Source: Octopus bimaculoides (lineage: Eukaryota). Taken from it: a DNA stretch of 33,472 bases. The notes under the pieces were generated by a model. That model searched no databases and had not been told where the DNA came from. It saw only the letters and a program-made list of their open reading frames with translations. The stretch lies in the NCBI RefSeq assembly GCF_001194135.2, contig NC_068999.1, positions 26,115,524 to 26,148,995 of the forward strand. Reading direction: 5' to 3'. The position numbers were made by a program, and so were the translations under genes. Below, piece after piece: positions 22,227-32,759 of this stretch (position 1 is the first letter of the stretch; each line of letters opens with the position of its first letter).

Positions 22227-22732
22227 CAGGGGTGGGGAAATCCCCGCCCACAAAACCATTTTATTTTGCCCACAGGCTGATATACTCGCATGTACAAAAT
22301 ATAGTAAATTTTTCAATTATAAAATTTATACAATATTTGTATGCCTGTTTCCAACATAGGTTGCATTTCCACTACGACTTAAAAGGGTTAGACTCAAACA
22401 GAAACTCATTGGGTAATTGCCATTTGAATGGAAATTTTGTTTTCACTATCACTATAAAACACACATTGCTAGGTTTGTACCACCCCCTTGAGACCCAACT
22501 ACACGCTAGCTGAAAAATATAGAAACCTCATAAGTAATATAAATGTCCTAAATTCAGTGGCTGTGTTAATAAAGATGATACATATTAATTTAATCTGTTA
22601 AACTTATTTTTATTAATGTATATCAAATTATACATAGATATGTACAAGATCTACACAGATATAAGAATTAGAACTTGTGATCCGCCCTTGGACCTTTTTT
22701 TTTCTCTCGTATAGAAAGTTTCCCCACCCCTG
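22227..22732. mobile_element. Non-autonomous hAT (Charlie-type) MITE
   Basis: 14-bp perfect TIR CAGGGGTGGGGAAA / TTTCCCCACCCCTG; 8-bp TSD GTCTAGAT / GTCAAGAT, matching the NTCTAGAN target preference of Charlie/Buster elements. Confidence 0.9.
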
Positions 22733-23190
22733 GTCAAGATAAATACCATGTGTATCAACTTCGTACATTTCTGTAAACCAAACTTCAAGCTCTGAGGATC
22801 TCAATTACTTTAATGGCATATTATGTACATGATTACTTTGTGCAGTATATTCATCCATTTTCAAGATATCGTCAGTTAAAATTTGGAAGAAGATTTAGTA
22901 ATTAATTTTTGTAGGTTGAGCGACCATGTAGAGCAGCACTGCCCCCTTGGGGGCGGTGGATAGATCCAGGAGGGCATTGAAGTAAAGTGGGATGATAATG
23001 GGGTGATGGATGTAAAAAAAAAATATTAATAGGTTAATTAGGTTTAAGTTTTGTTTGTGAAATACAGTTGTTTTGAATTTTCTGCAGAAAATAAGTCTAT
23101 ATATTTACGGGTGAGGGCACTAGGAATGTGGCCTGAGTGCCAAGGTGGCAGCAGCCTGAAAAAGTTTGGAATTACTTTTGTAGAGGTTCT

Positions 23191-23386
23191 GGTAATTTTT
23201 CAGATTAACACATGCACGATTTTCACTAGGGTGTTAGGGTTAGGGTTAGGGTTTTAGGGTTAAGGTTTTAGGGTTAGGGTTAGGGTAAGGGTTTAGGGTT
23301 AGGGTTAGGGTTAGGGTAAGGGTTTAGGGTTAGGGTTAGGGTTTTAGGGTTAGGTAATCGTGCAGGTGTTAATCTGAAAAATTACC
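23191..23386. mobile_element. Merlin-like MITE, family T copy A, with an internal (TTAGGG)n array
   Basis: 31-bp TIRs GGTAATTTTTCAGATTAACAC(A/C)TGCACGATT at 23191-23221 and 23356-23386 (1 mismatch). 8-bp TSD GAGGTTCT / AAGGTTCT (7/8). About 120 bp of TTAGGG and variants inside. GG termini plus an 8-bp TSD fit the Merlin superfamily. Confidence 0.82.
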
Positions 23387-24122
23387 AAGGTTCTTTCATT
23401 TGCTCACAGTTTTAAATCCATTCGTATATAGGGGGAGGCAAGGTTATTTGGAACACAGTTCGCAAAAGTATTTATTTTTGCAACATGCTTATCTCGATAA
23501 ATTTAATATATTTTTATAGCTATATATGTAAACAGTAAATTTATAACTATGTTCCACAAGGACCTAGAGATATTCGCAAAAAAATGTAATTTTTGTGACC
23601 CAGGACATTCATATTTGCATATTTCAGCATGAACTGGTATTGTCCATTTGGGGTATACAAAATCTTTCAACAACAAACAAAAACCGCACAACAGCACACT
23701 TTGAATCATTACAGTTGCACACAGCCCCCTTAAGACATTATAATACTAAAACTAAAAAACCATCTGGGTATGTGAAAAGTTCAATTTGTGGCTGCAGCAA
23801 CTCCAGTCCTTAGTTTCTACAACTACATGGAAAAACAACTTCCAAAACATCAGACACATTTACAAAACCACATATACTTCCACTCAAGTCAAGACAAAAG
23901 CTTACACATAGAAATAGCTGCAACATCCATAACCCCCAAACATAATGTGATGTAAAGTAAAACAAAAATAAAATCTTTCTGGAAAACGTTTTGCTTTACT
24001 CCATCTCCATTTCAAATAATAATCTTAATTCTTTGGACCTATACAACAGCTACTACAAAGACAATAAATGAGAAATGATCCGTGTAGTTACAATTCATTT
24101 ACTATCCAACAAAAATATTCCA

Positions 24123-25808
24123 TCACTTATTTCTCATGTGCTCAATTTTTGCTCTTAAATCGGAGAAAGACTCCTTAAAGTCAGGTTTTTTCTTCAGATT
24201 AACTCGAGACACTTGTTTTCTGCTTTCTCTTTCGCGCTCACTTTGAAGAAGGTAGGTAAAGTTGTTTAACAAGTGTTTGCCATTCCTATTTCGCAGAAAA
24301 CTTTCTTTTACATCAGCTTCAACAGGTTTCCATTCCAAAATGTTTTCAGTGTTGTTCTGTACCAACGGGCGCTTCAATAAAGTAGTTACTTCACTGAATT
24401 TCGTTGCAGTGATCTTTTGTAGCTCAGACCGTTTGTTTGGTTTATCCTCGATTATAAAAGGACCCTTGAGAAACTGAACTGCTTTCTTTTCAAAGTCGTT
24501 TATTGCTTCATTAATTCTTTGTGCAGAGCCATAAAACGACATTACTTTATAATCTGTGAGTCGTCTTTGTAAGCGCTGTGGAAGTGGGAAATGACGCGAA
24601 TGACTCAGTGTTAGACGGTCGTCTGAACAAGTGATTGAAGGAATATCAAATACTTTGCTTCTCAATATGATGTGGTCTTCTTCAAAGAAAATATTAAAAA
24701 AGATGTCCTGTTCACCAATATCCACCGAATTTATCCCCTTCGAATTTCCCAACAATCTAAACGTTTGACTATTGCTGTTTAGCATTGATCCAAGTTTCAA
24801 AAGAGTATCGATCTTGTGACTACTTTGAGAAAGATTTCCCTTAGCTTCATACAAAGTATTTGTGATACTGAAACACGTCCAGCGTAAAAGCATAGATTCG
24901 CTGTCGTTAAGATCATGCTTTCGGGCTACACTTCTACACAATAACATTACTTGACTGTAAATGAAATCCATAAATACTGTCGCAAATATATTTGCCAATA
25001 GTTTCGGTTGTCCTTTTGAATTTACCGAAATCTGTCGCTGACCTGCTAATATTATTTGATTCTTTAAATTTAAAATATCACAGTCTAACGAGGCAGCCGA
25101 AATATCGAAGAGGGAAATAGTTTTGGTTTCAACTTTCATAGAATTTTTGCAAATTAATCTTTTCCGTTGTACTTGCCTTCTTTTCTTCCATACATGTTTT
25201 ATTAACACTAAAGTTGCTGTGGTTATTAACATTGCAATCAAGACAATAACTTTATCAATAATCGTAGGAATGTAATCAATAATATCGTTGTACAGTTGCC
25301 CACCAATAACTGTTTTTGTCCATTTGCCGAATAACAAAAAGGAACGAGATAGAAAATTGACAAACTTTAGAAAAGATTTAAAACTATATCTATAATAAAA
25401 TATCTGTAAGCAGAAGCCAGTCGTTGATGTCTTTAACCAGAGGTTTAATAAGTTTACTCGCTTTTCTAATTTACAAACCTTGCTCAGACAGCAATATAGA
25501 GAACACATAAGAACAAAAATTGTTGCCCAAATAATCGTTTGCTTTAAGCAAGTCTGAATATCTTTTAAAAGATTATCCACATATTCAATATTTTTGCACA
25601 TCTCTCGGCACGGAAATAAAGGAAATTGTGCGAGGCGTGCATTTTCCGAGTCTGGAATTAACGGAACATTGGATTTACGGCATCCGAAAAGAGACAAGAA
25701 TTCCCAATCGCGTAATGTACTCAGTCCGATGAACGGAATTAAGAACTGAACCGATAAAGTTACATCTTGAAGAAAAGAAATCTGAGATTGAAGCTTATTC
25801 CGATCCAT
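24123..25808 (-). CDS. Intronless 561-aa ORF of unknown function, predicted membrane protein
   Basis: Uninterrupted 1686-bp ATG-to-stop ORF in AT-rich DNA where neighbouring TE ORFs are broken. Hydrophobic segments at aa ~91-108 and ~187-203, the latter followed by KHVWKKRRQVQRKR. Visibly more CpG than the flanks. Candidate AATAAA on the minus strand at 23471-23476. I recognise no domain. Confidence 0.7.
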   Translation of the reverse strand: MDRNKLQSQISFLQDVTLSVQFLIPFIGLSTLRDWEFLSLFGCRKSNVPLIPDSENARLAQFPLFPCREMCKNIEYVDNLLKDIQTCLKQTIIWATIFVLMCSLYCCLSKVCKLEKRVNLLNLWLKTSTTGFCLQIFYYRYSFKSFLKFVNFLSRSFLLFGKWTKTVIGGQLYNDIIDYIPTIIDKVIVLIAMLITTATLVLIKHVWKKRRQVQRKRLICKNSMKVETKTISLFDISAASLDCDILNLKNQIILAGQRQISVNSKGQPKLLANIFATVFMDFIYSQVMLLCRSVARKHDLNDSESMLLRWTCFSITNTLYEAKGNLSQSSHKIDTLLKLGSMLNSNSQTFRLLGNSKGINSVDIGEQDIFFNIFFEEDHIILRSKVFDIPSITCSDDRLTLSHSRHFPLPQRLQRRLTDYKVMSFYGSAQRINEAINDFEKKAVQFLKGPFIIEDKPNKRSELQKITATKFSEVTTLLKRPLVQNNTENILEWKPVEADVKESFLRNRNGKHLLNNFTYLLQSERERESRKQVSRVNLKKKPDFKESFSDLRAKIEHMRNK

Positions 25809-26103
25809 TGTACTAAAACCCTTAATATTATAAATATTAAAGGTGAATAGTTAGAAAACTTCAAGGATTCGGATAAGAATATAATTAGCTTTTTGTTAGC
25901 GATTATCCTTTTGACTACTGTGAAAAATTTTGAAAAACGATAGCTCTATTTTAAAATCATTTTAGCGTTCAGTGTCGATCAACTCCTTTTCATGCATTCA
26001 GGTTCTTCGGGAGAGTTCATTTTCCATGTATTTTATTAACACTTTTCTTTTTCGGAATTTTTTTTTTTTTTATGCCGGCTTGTAATGTCTTTCCCAAGAT
26101 TTT

Positions 26104-26284
26104 GGTAAATTTTCAGATTAACACCCGCACGATTTTCACTAGGGTGTTAGGGTTAGGGTTACGGTTAGGGTTAGGGTTAGGGACGGAATTCCCTAACCCT
26201 AACCGTAACCCTAAACCCTAACCCTAAAACACTAACCCTAACACCCCAGTGAAAGTCGTGCGGGTGTTAATCTGAAAATTTACC
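26104..26284. mobile_element. Merlin-like MITE, family T copy B: fold-back with head-to-head (TTAGGG)n-(CCCTAA)n arrays
   Basis: About 50-bp TIRs GGTAAATTTTCAGATTAACACCCGCACGA(T/C)TTTCACT(A/G)GGGTGTTAGGGTTAG; G-strand array, 8-bp spacer ACGGAATT (26183-26190), C-strand array. Perfect 8-bp TSD AAGATTTT at 26096-26103 and 26285-26292. Confidence 0.88.
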
Positions 26285-26414
26285 AAGATTTTTCCCCGAC
26301 TGAATTTCAATATTGCTTTGTTTAGTTCAGAATTAGTTTGACTTTTTTCAATGAGATAACAAGATCGAAATAAATCATTTATTTATTTATGTAACATATT
26401 CTTTTATTTGTTTC

Positions 26415-26722
26415 AGTAATTTGACTGCGGCCATGCTAGAGCACCGCCTTTAGTCGAACAAATCGACCCCAGGACTTATTCTTCGTAAGCCTAGTACTTA
26501 TTTTATCGGCCTCTTTTGCCGAACCGCTAAGTTACGAGGACGTAAATACACCACTATCGGCTGTCAAGCGATGGTGGGGGACAAACACAGACACGGGCTT
26601 CTTTCAGTTTCCGTTTACCAAATGACTTTGGTCGGCCCAAGGCTATAGTAGAAGACACTGGCCCAAGGTGCCGCGCAGTGGGACTGAACCCGGAACCATG
26701 TGGTTGGTAAGTAGCCATTCCT
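26415..26722 (-). mobile_element. tRNA-derived SINE (family 1), relatively young copy
   Basis: Minus strand GGTTCCGGGTTCAGTCCCACTGCGCGGCACCTTGGGCCAGTGTCTTCTACTATAGCC; CpGs retained; homologous to 1640-1880. Confidence 0.8.
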
Positions 26723-26813
26723 GCATCTACATGAAAAAATTTTTTGTGGAGTATAAATTAATACATACAACTTCAATGGCTGCGGGTTAAAATAACATAA
26801 AAGTAAAATGGTT

Positions 26814-27091
26814 GGTACTTTTTGGTTATCTCACCCCCATTAAAAATTGAGTTATCTCCCCCCGTTTTACGAGAAATATCAGTACTTTTGGTTATCTTCT
26901 TCAACTAAAAAAATTGTTTAACCCTCAATAAAACAAAAAAATTAAAAAATTAATAAACATAAAAAGTGAAAAGATGAAACATCATTTTCAATTTGATAAT
27001 ATTTTTAGGATCTATTCCATTTCATCAAGCTGTTAAAAAAATTAATTAAAAACTCTGTGATTGAGATGGGAGTGAGATAACCAAAAGTACC
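26814..27091. mobile_element. Second Merlin-like MITE family (no telomeric repeats)
   Basis: TIRs GGTACTTTT(T)GGTTATCTCAC(C/T)CCCAT at both ends; perfect 8-bp TSD AAATGGTT at 26806-26813 and 27092-27099; an internal partial TIR copy near 26882. Confidence 0.85.
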
Positions 27092-27199
27092 AAATGGTTG
27101 TAGGTGAGGTAAGATAAATTATTTAATTTTTTGTTTTCAAGGTCAGAATTTAAATATGAAAAATTATTTTATTTCTTCTAAAGACCTGAAGCTAAACAG

Positions 27200-27500
27200 C
27201 AGAAAATTAAGTTATTCGTGGCTAAATCTTTCAAGTAACTGGATATATCTCAGCAATAGGTTCGCAGGTTTTCAAATCTTCCTTTGCAGTTCATCTCAAC
27301 CAGTATTCTGTGAAATGGTCCTCGAGCAAATTACTGTTTCTTTTCTCGGCAACAAAATCTGCTTAGTGGGTGCAAACCTAGTTTTTGAAGAGGATGTTCA
27401 AAGTGTTTTCATAGCCTACTCAGAATTTTAGGAATGAGGGGCGCTTGCATAACCTGTTCCGAAACCAATGCTGACCACCCTTGTCCTCCATCTCTTCTAC
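27200..27500 (-). mobile_element. Short BEL/Pao LTR-retrotransposon RNase H remnant
   Basis: Minus-strand translation SSSKTRFAPTKQILLPRKE resembles the BEL/Pao motif SKTRVAPLKxxTIPRLEL; stops nearby. Confidence 0.5.
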
Positions 27501-27844
27501 TCTTACTCCAATGATAGGAACAAGAAAATGCTGACTGTAGTTGACAGTAGATTATTACCTTCTCTAAGACAAAAAAAAAAAAAATAACAAAGTGCAATAT
27601 TAGAATTGGACAATCTCAAAAATTGTCAGTCTACATTTTTGTGAGAATCATATTCTTAGATTCCACATATTGTAATGCCAAGTATCCATAAACCAACATT
27701 TTGTGGACCTGGAGTAGAGAGAGCATGTCTTTGATGAGGTTGCAAATGGCAATGAAAGGACTAACAAACCTGATTGATTGATTGACTGACTGAACACTTA
27801 ATGAAACAATCAAATAGTTAATTGGTGAAATGGTGAACCAGTGT

Positions 27845-27990
27845 GTGTAGGCACATTGAAAGGTAGATCTTGTGAGATTGTTGAGATGCTTGAAAGGAGA
27901 CATGTTGATGTGTGCAGCATCCAAGAAGTTTGGTGGAAGGGAGTTTCAGCCAGGTTCATCAATGGCAAAAGGCATAGGTATAAATTCTGG
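27845..27990 (+). mobile_element. RTE LINE endonuclease N-terminal fragment
   Basis: VGTLKGRSCEIVEMLERRHVDVCSIQEVWWKGVSARFINGKRHRYKFW (APE motifs including QE). Confidence 0.75.
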
Positions 27991-28149
27991 AAACTTCTGG
28001 TTACGGCGTCTCGGTGATGAGCCATTAAACGTACAGCTCTGGGTACTGAATTAAATAATCTACTTCTGACAAAAAAACAAGCTCAAGGGGACAAAAATTC
28101 CAGCAAAGGTAAAGAATATACACATCAGGTGTTTAGGGTTAGGGTTACG

Positions 28150-31100
28150 CTGAAAATGGATGGTGTGTGTATCCTTTACCGCTGCCAAAATTCCGATCCA
28201 AACCAGTGGTACCCAGTGTAAAATCCTACCTAAATGGACCTAATAGCGTAATGGGCACAGATTCGTCGAAAGGCACAATGAGTGATTTGAAGTCAGCAGA
28301 TGCCATGTTGATCTCAAATGATATCAAAGAATTCATTAAATCACAAACGGTGGAAATTCTCAACTCATTTGCCTCTGTAAAAGCCGAGTTGGAACAACTG
28401 AACGAACATTCAACCAAAATGGAACGAACCATTGATTTTAATTCTGGAAAAATTGCGGAAATGAGATGGGAAATCAACAACATGGCGGAAACACAAAGTA
28501 AGTTTGATGATAAATTCATAGAGTTTGAACTTTACTCTTGCAGATCAAACATCCTCTTCGATGGAATGAAACATATCGACAATAATGCATCTTTGAGCCA
28601 ACTCGAACATTTTGCCAAGGAACTGTTTATTTCTGTTCTTACAATTGAGGAGAACAAAGTGAAAGCGATATTGCTTGCAAATGTGCATCATCTTCCTCAA
28701 AGAAAAACAGAGCTGGGTAAGCCATAGTCAAGTTTGTCAGTGTAACTGATCAAAATTTAGTCTTTTTTACTGCTCATAAATCCTTCAAAGTTCCATCAGA
28801 GAGGAAAATTAGAATTCACAGTGACCTCCCACAAGTTCTGAAACAGTTTAGAGCCAAACTGGTACATCAAGGCTGATACCTCAGAAATACCAGCAACTTA
28901 CAGGGAAAATTCAGCAAATCTGTGAATATTGATACACACCTTTCGTTGGAAAGAATGACTAACAACACTTGATACAAAACTAAGCTTTGAGCTCATAAGT
29001 TGACTTTTCTTATATTTTGTTGCTCTTTTGAATAAGGTCAGACTTTCATTTTAATTTGTTGATTATGACTGATATGATTTTATTAGTATTCTGTAATAAT
29101 TGTATAACTAAACTCAGTTGCTATGTTTCATGAAGGGGTTGGGTAAAATGTTTGCTAAGAGTGGGTGTATGAATGGAAGGTACGAATGTCAGTTCCTGTG
29201 TGTGTTTGAATATATATCTTTTACTGGAAGGCTTGAGGATTCATTCCAATACTTTTTTCACCATTCATTATGTTTCTTATTACAAATCTGTTATGTATAT
29301 TCTAAACGGATGAGCTAAAATATACCTAAATGTTCAGTCAACTGTAGGGACCTTAATGAAGAAAGGATGTTTTGAATTTTTTGAGGGCCAAAAAATATAA
29401 AATCTATTTATTCCAAGATAACCTCTTTTTGAAAGAAAAAGAACCTTTTATTAGAAGTGAATGGGGCTCTGAGGTACTATTTAATAGTAATAATGGACAG
29501 TCAAGAGGAGTTGCCATTCTGTTTTCTAATAATATTGATTATAAGGTACCTGACAGTTTCAGGGATGGCAAGGGCAATCTTCTGATGTTGAATATCACTA
29601 TTTGTGAGAAAAAAAATATCTTTGGTCAACTTATGTGGCTCAAATGCAGATGAACTGGAGTTTTATGCTGTGGTGATGGATAAAACCAAAGCCTTTGGAA
29701 ACTTGCTTTGTATTATAGCTGGGGATTTTAACCTTTGTCTACAGCAGTCTTTGGATACTTTCATTTATCAACATATAAGCAACCCTAATGCTAGAAAGCA
29801 AGTGATTGATATGATAGGGGACCTCGACCTTGTAGATGTTTGGAGAGATCATAACCCAGAAGTACAGGGATATACATGGAGATGTCCAAATCCTATTAGA
29901 CAAGCAAAGCTAGATTTCTTTCTGGTGTCACAGAATTTATATTCATTTATTTGCCAGTCATCTATAAATCTTGGGTACAGATCAGACTATTCTCTTGTTG
30001 ACATCAAAATAAAACTTCCTAAGAAAGATGACCATAAAAGTACATATTGGAAATTTAATAACTCCCTTTTAAGAAATCCAAAATATGTTTCCTGTTAGGA
30101 AAACCATTAGCAGTGTTGTCAAGCAATATGCCCCCTCTTTGGAACATGATAGAGATATTAGCACAGTTAATTTGTCTGAGATTGAATTTGTTGTAAATGA
30201 TTAATTATTTTTGGAAACTCTTCTAATGGAAATTAGAGGAAAATCTATTTCATATTCTTCATTTAAAAAAAAAAATCTAGATTAAAAAATGAACAGGATC
30301 TATTGGATGATATTAAGCAATTGGAAACCAATTTTTTTTTGTAATCAAGAAATTGGAGGGAAAAAGAATTAGAGGAGATTTGTAAAGTAAAAATGGAGGG
30401 TATTATTATTTGCTCAAGGGCCATGTGGATAGATGAAGGAGAGAAAGTTAGCCGTTGCTTTTGCAATCTAGAAAATATGAATTTTGTGAGTAAAGGCATG
30501 TCCCAATTAGAGCTAGATGATGTGTCTACTGTAGAAAGTACAAATGATATTGTTCTTGAAGCAACATCCTTTTATGAAGGAATGTATTCTTCCAAGGAGC
30601 ATGTGTTGAAAGATTGTGACCTTGATGAACTTTTTTCTGAAGGGGATTTGTATAGGCTTAGTAAGGGAGATTCTGATTCATTGGAAGGCCCAGTAACTCA
30701 TGATGAACTTTTGAAATGTTTGAAAAAGGCAAAGAACAATAAAAGTCCAGGTCCAGATGGGTTTACTTATGAGTTCTATAAATTCTTTTGGAAAGATTTA
30801 TCTCCGTTCCTGTTGAGATCATTCAATTATACCTTTGCTAATGATTATTTGTCAGTGACACAGAGGCAAGGTATCATTATTTGCATTCCAAAAAAAGATA
30901 AGCCCAAACAACTGGAGACCTATAAACTTCTATAGAACTGGAGACCTATAAACTTCTTTCATCTGTTATTGCTGAGAGGTTCAAAAGTATTCTCCCAAAG
31001 CTGGTTAGTACTGATCAAACAGGATTCATATCTAACAGATACATTGGCGATAACATAAGACTAGTATATGATTTGATGAATTACACAGAATCCAATGATA

Positions 31101-32654
31101 TACCAAGAATGTTGTTTTTAATAGATTTTGAGAAGGCATTTGATTTTGCCTCATAGTCATTTATAAACAATGCATTATTATTTTTTGGCTTTGGTGAGGA
31201 CATCTGAAGTGGTTCAATATTCTTTACCACTTACAGATGCTAGATCTTGTTTGAGTATTAATGGTACATTGTCTCCTTAGTTTCCTGTTGAGCAGAGCTG
31301 TAGACAGGGTGATCCTCTCTCTCCCTATATTTTCATCCTCTGCGTCGAGGTCCTGGCTGGTCTTATAAGAAAGAACAGTGATGTTAAAGGAATTACAGTT
31401 GATGGCAAATTTCTTCGGAATTAAACAAAATGGTATTTAAATTACTCTGGAGTGGAAAATCTGATAAGATCAAGAGAGTTGTTGCTTGTATGCCTGTTAA
31501 AGAGGGTAGACTTGGTATGGTAAAAGCTTCTGCTTATGTCAGTTCTTTACAGTTATCTTGGATGAGAAAGTTATTGGATACTAATTATGAATCCAAATGG
31601 AAACATTTGTGCTATGCCTCCTCCCCAAAATGGCTAAGTTTAGCTGTATTTGGTAATGTTTTTCTGAATAAACTCTCCAAGAGTATGATTTTTGGCATGA
31701 TTGTTTTTCTGCTTTTGATAAGTTTACAAATAAGACAGAGCCTAGTTCATTTGATGAATTCATAACAGAACCAATCTATTATAATAAGCACTTAAAAGTT
31801 GATAAAGAGGTAATCTTTTGTTCTGCGTGCTTTGAGAGAGGTGTTAGATTCATGATTTCATCAACTTAGATGGATCCCTTGAAGAATTCCAGAGTACTAT
31901 TGAACTTGATATCAATTTTCTTCATTATAATGGTCTTATCATGACTATTAAAAGCTACCAAGCAAGGTTAAAGACAAGCAAACCTACTTCTTTTCAACAA
32001 TTAGATGATCTAAATTGCAATGGTTTCAGTTCAGAATTATACATAGTATTTTAACAACCAATTTTCTTCTATTTAAGATCAAATTAGCTGAAAGCAACTT
32101 GTGCACTTTTTGTCAATGTGAAGTTGAGACAATAGCACACCTCTTTTGGTATTGTAAACATGTACAAGCTTTTTGGCAACACTTTCTTAAACTGCTGTAT
32201 GGAAAATGCTTGCATGTTCACAACATGAACTTTGTCCTACAGCTTATTGTGTTTGGGTTGAGAAAGAATATATATACTGATGGTGTTTTTGATTTACTAT
32301 TATTGTTAGCTAAATTTTTTATATATAAACGTAAAGTATTAAAAACTACTCTTAGCTTTAAACATTTTAGACATTTTGTACATGATAGGTATCTTATTGA
32401 GAAGAACATATCCTTTAGTAAAAGCGAGCAAGATAAATTTTATAAAAAGTGGATGCTCTACCATGATTTTGCAAATGTTAACTACTCCTTTTCAGGTTGC
32501 TATTTTTTACCTCTTCATAATCATATTACTAGTTTTAACTATGTGGAACCCCAAGAACTTATAGTAATTTTCTGAAAATTTTAGGAGCAATTGGTGAGTG
32601 AATGTGTTGTAGTGTGTAGTCCTGTCTTTTTCTTTTTTTTCCAAAAAAAAAAAG
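28150..32654 (+). mobile_element. Degenerate L1/Tx1-clade LINE (ORF1 ~28170-28900, ORF2 ~29310-32575, poly-A 32643-32654)
   Basis: ORF1: coiled-coil-like region then ELYSCRSNILFDGM. ORF2: SVNCR, QSRGVAILF, IAGDFN, YTW...QAKLDFFLVS, SDYSLV, WKFNNSLL (APE); KSPGPDGFTYEFYKFFW, IDFEKAFD, CRQGDPLSPYIF (RT); CTFCQCEVETIAHLFWYC (C-terminal Zn knuckle). Many stops; the YADD region is deleted near 31410. The 5' boundary is approximate. Confidence 0.88.
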
Positions 32655-32759
32655 GCCTGTTTTCCACCTCTTCATCCACATCTTACAACTTTGTACAAGA
32701 CTTCACAGTCCCCTGGCTGTGCTGTCTTCAACTGTAACAGGGAGAACAGGAAATTTTTA

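Noticed and set aside
22910-22990. hAT-like subterminal fragment with the hairpin CACTGCCCCCTTGGGGGCGGTG
   Set aside because: No paired TIR or TSD could be defined; too fragmentary to annotate.
24123-25808. Bacterial contamination, or assignment to STING, cGAS or a GPCR
   Set aside because: The ORF is contiguous with host SINEs and MITEs, has no operon context, and shows no diagnostic motifs or seven-helix pattern. It is left unassigned.
26104-26284. Relic of an ancestral chromosome end-to-end fusion
   Set aside because: The arrays are enclosed by TIRs shared with a second copy and flanked by a perfect 8-bp TSD, which indicates a transposon insertion.
23191-26284. One autonomous transposon inserted as a 3.1-kb unit, with the 561-aa ORF as its transposase
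   Set aside because: The outer flanks (GAGGTTCT vs AAGATTTT) do not match and each MITE has its own TSD. The ORF is membrane-protein-like, and I see no DDE, HTH or zinc-finger motifs.
28150-32654. Active LINE, or a telomere-specific retrotransposon
   Set aside because: It has many stops and frameshifts, a 22-bp duplication at 30911-30958 and no YADD region; there is no TTAGGG or TSD at the 3' junction.
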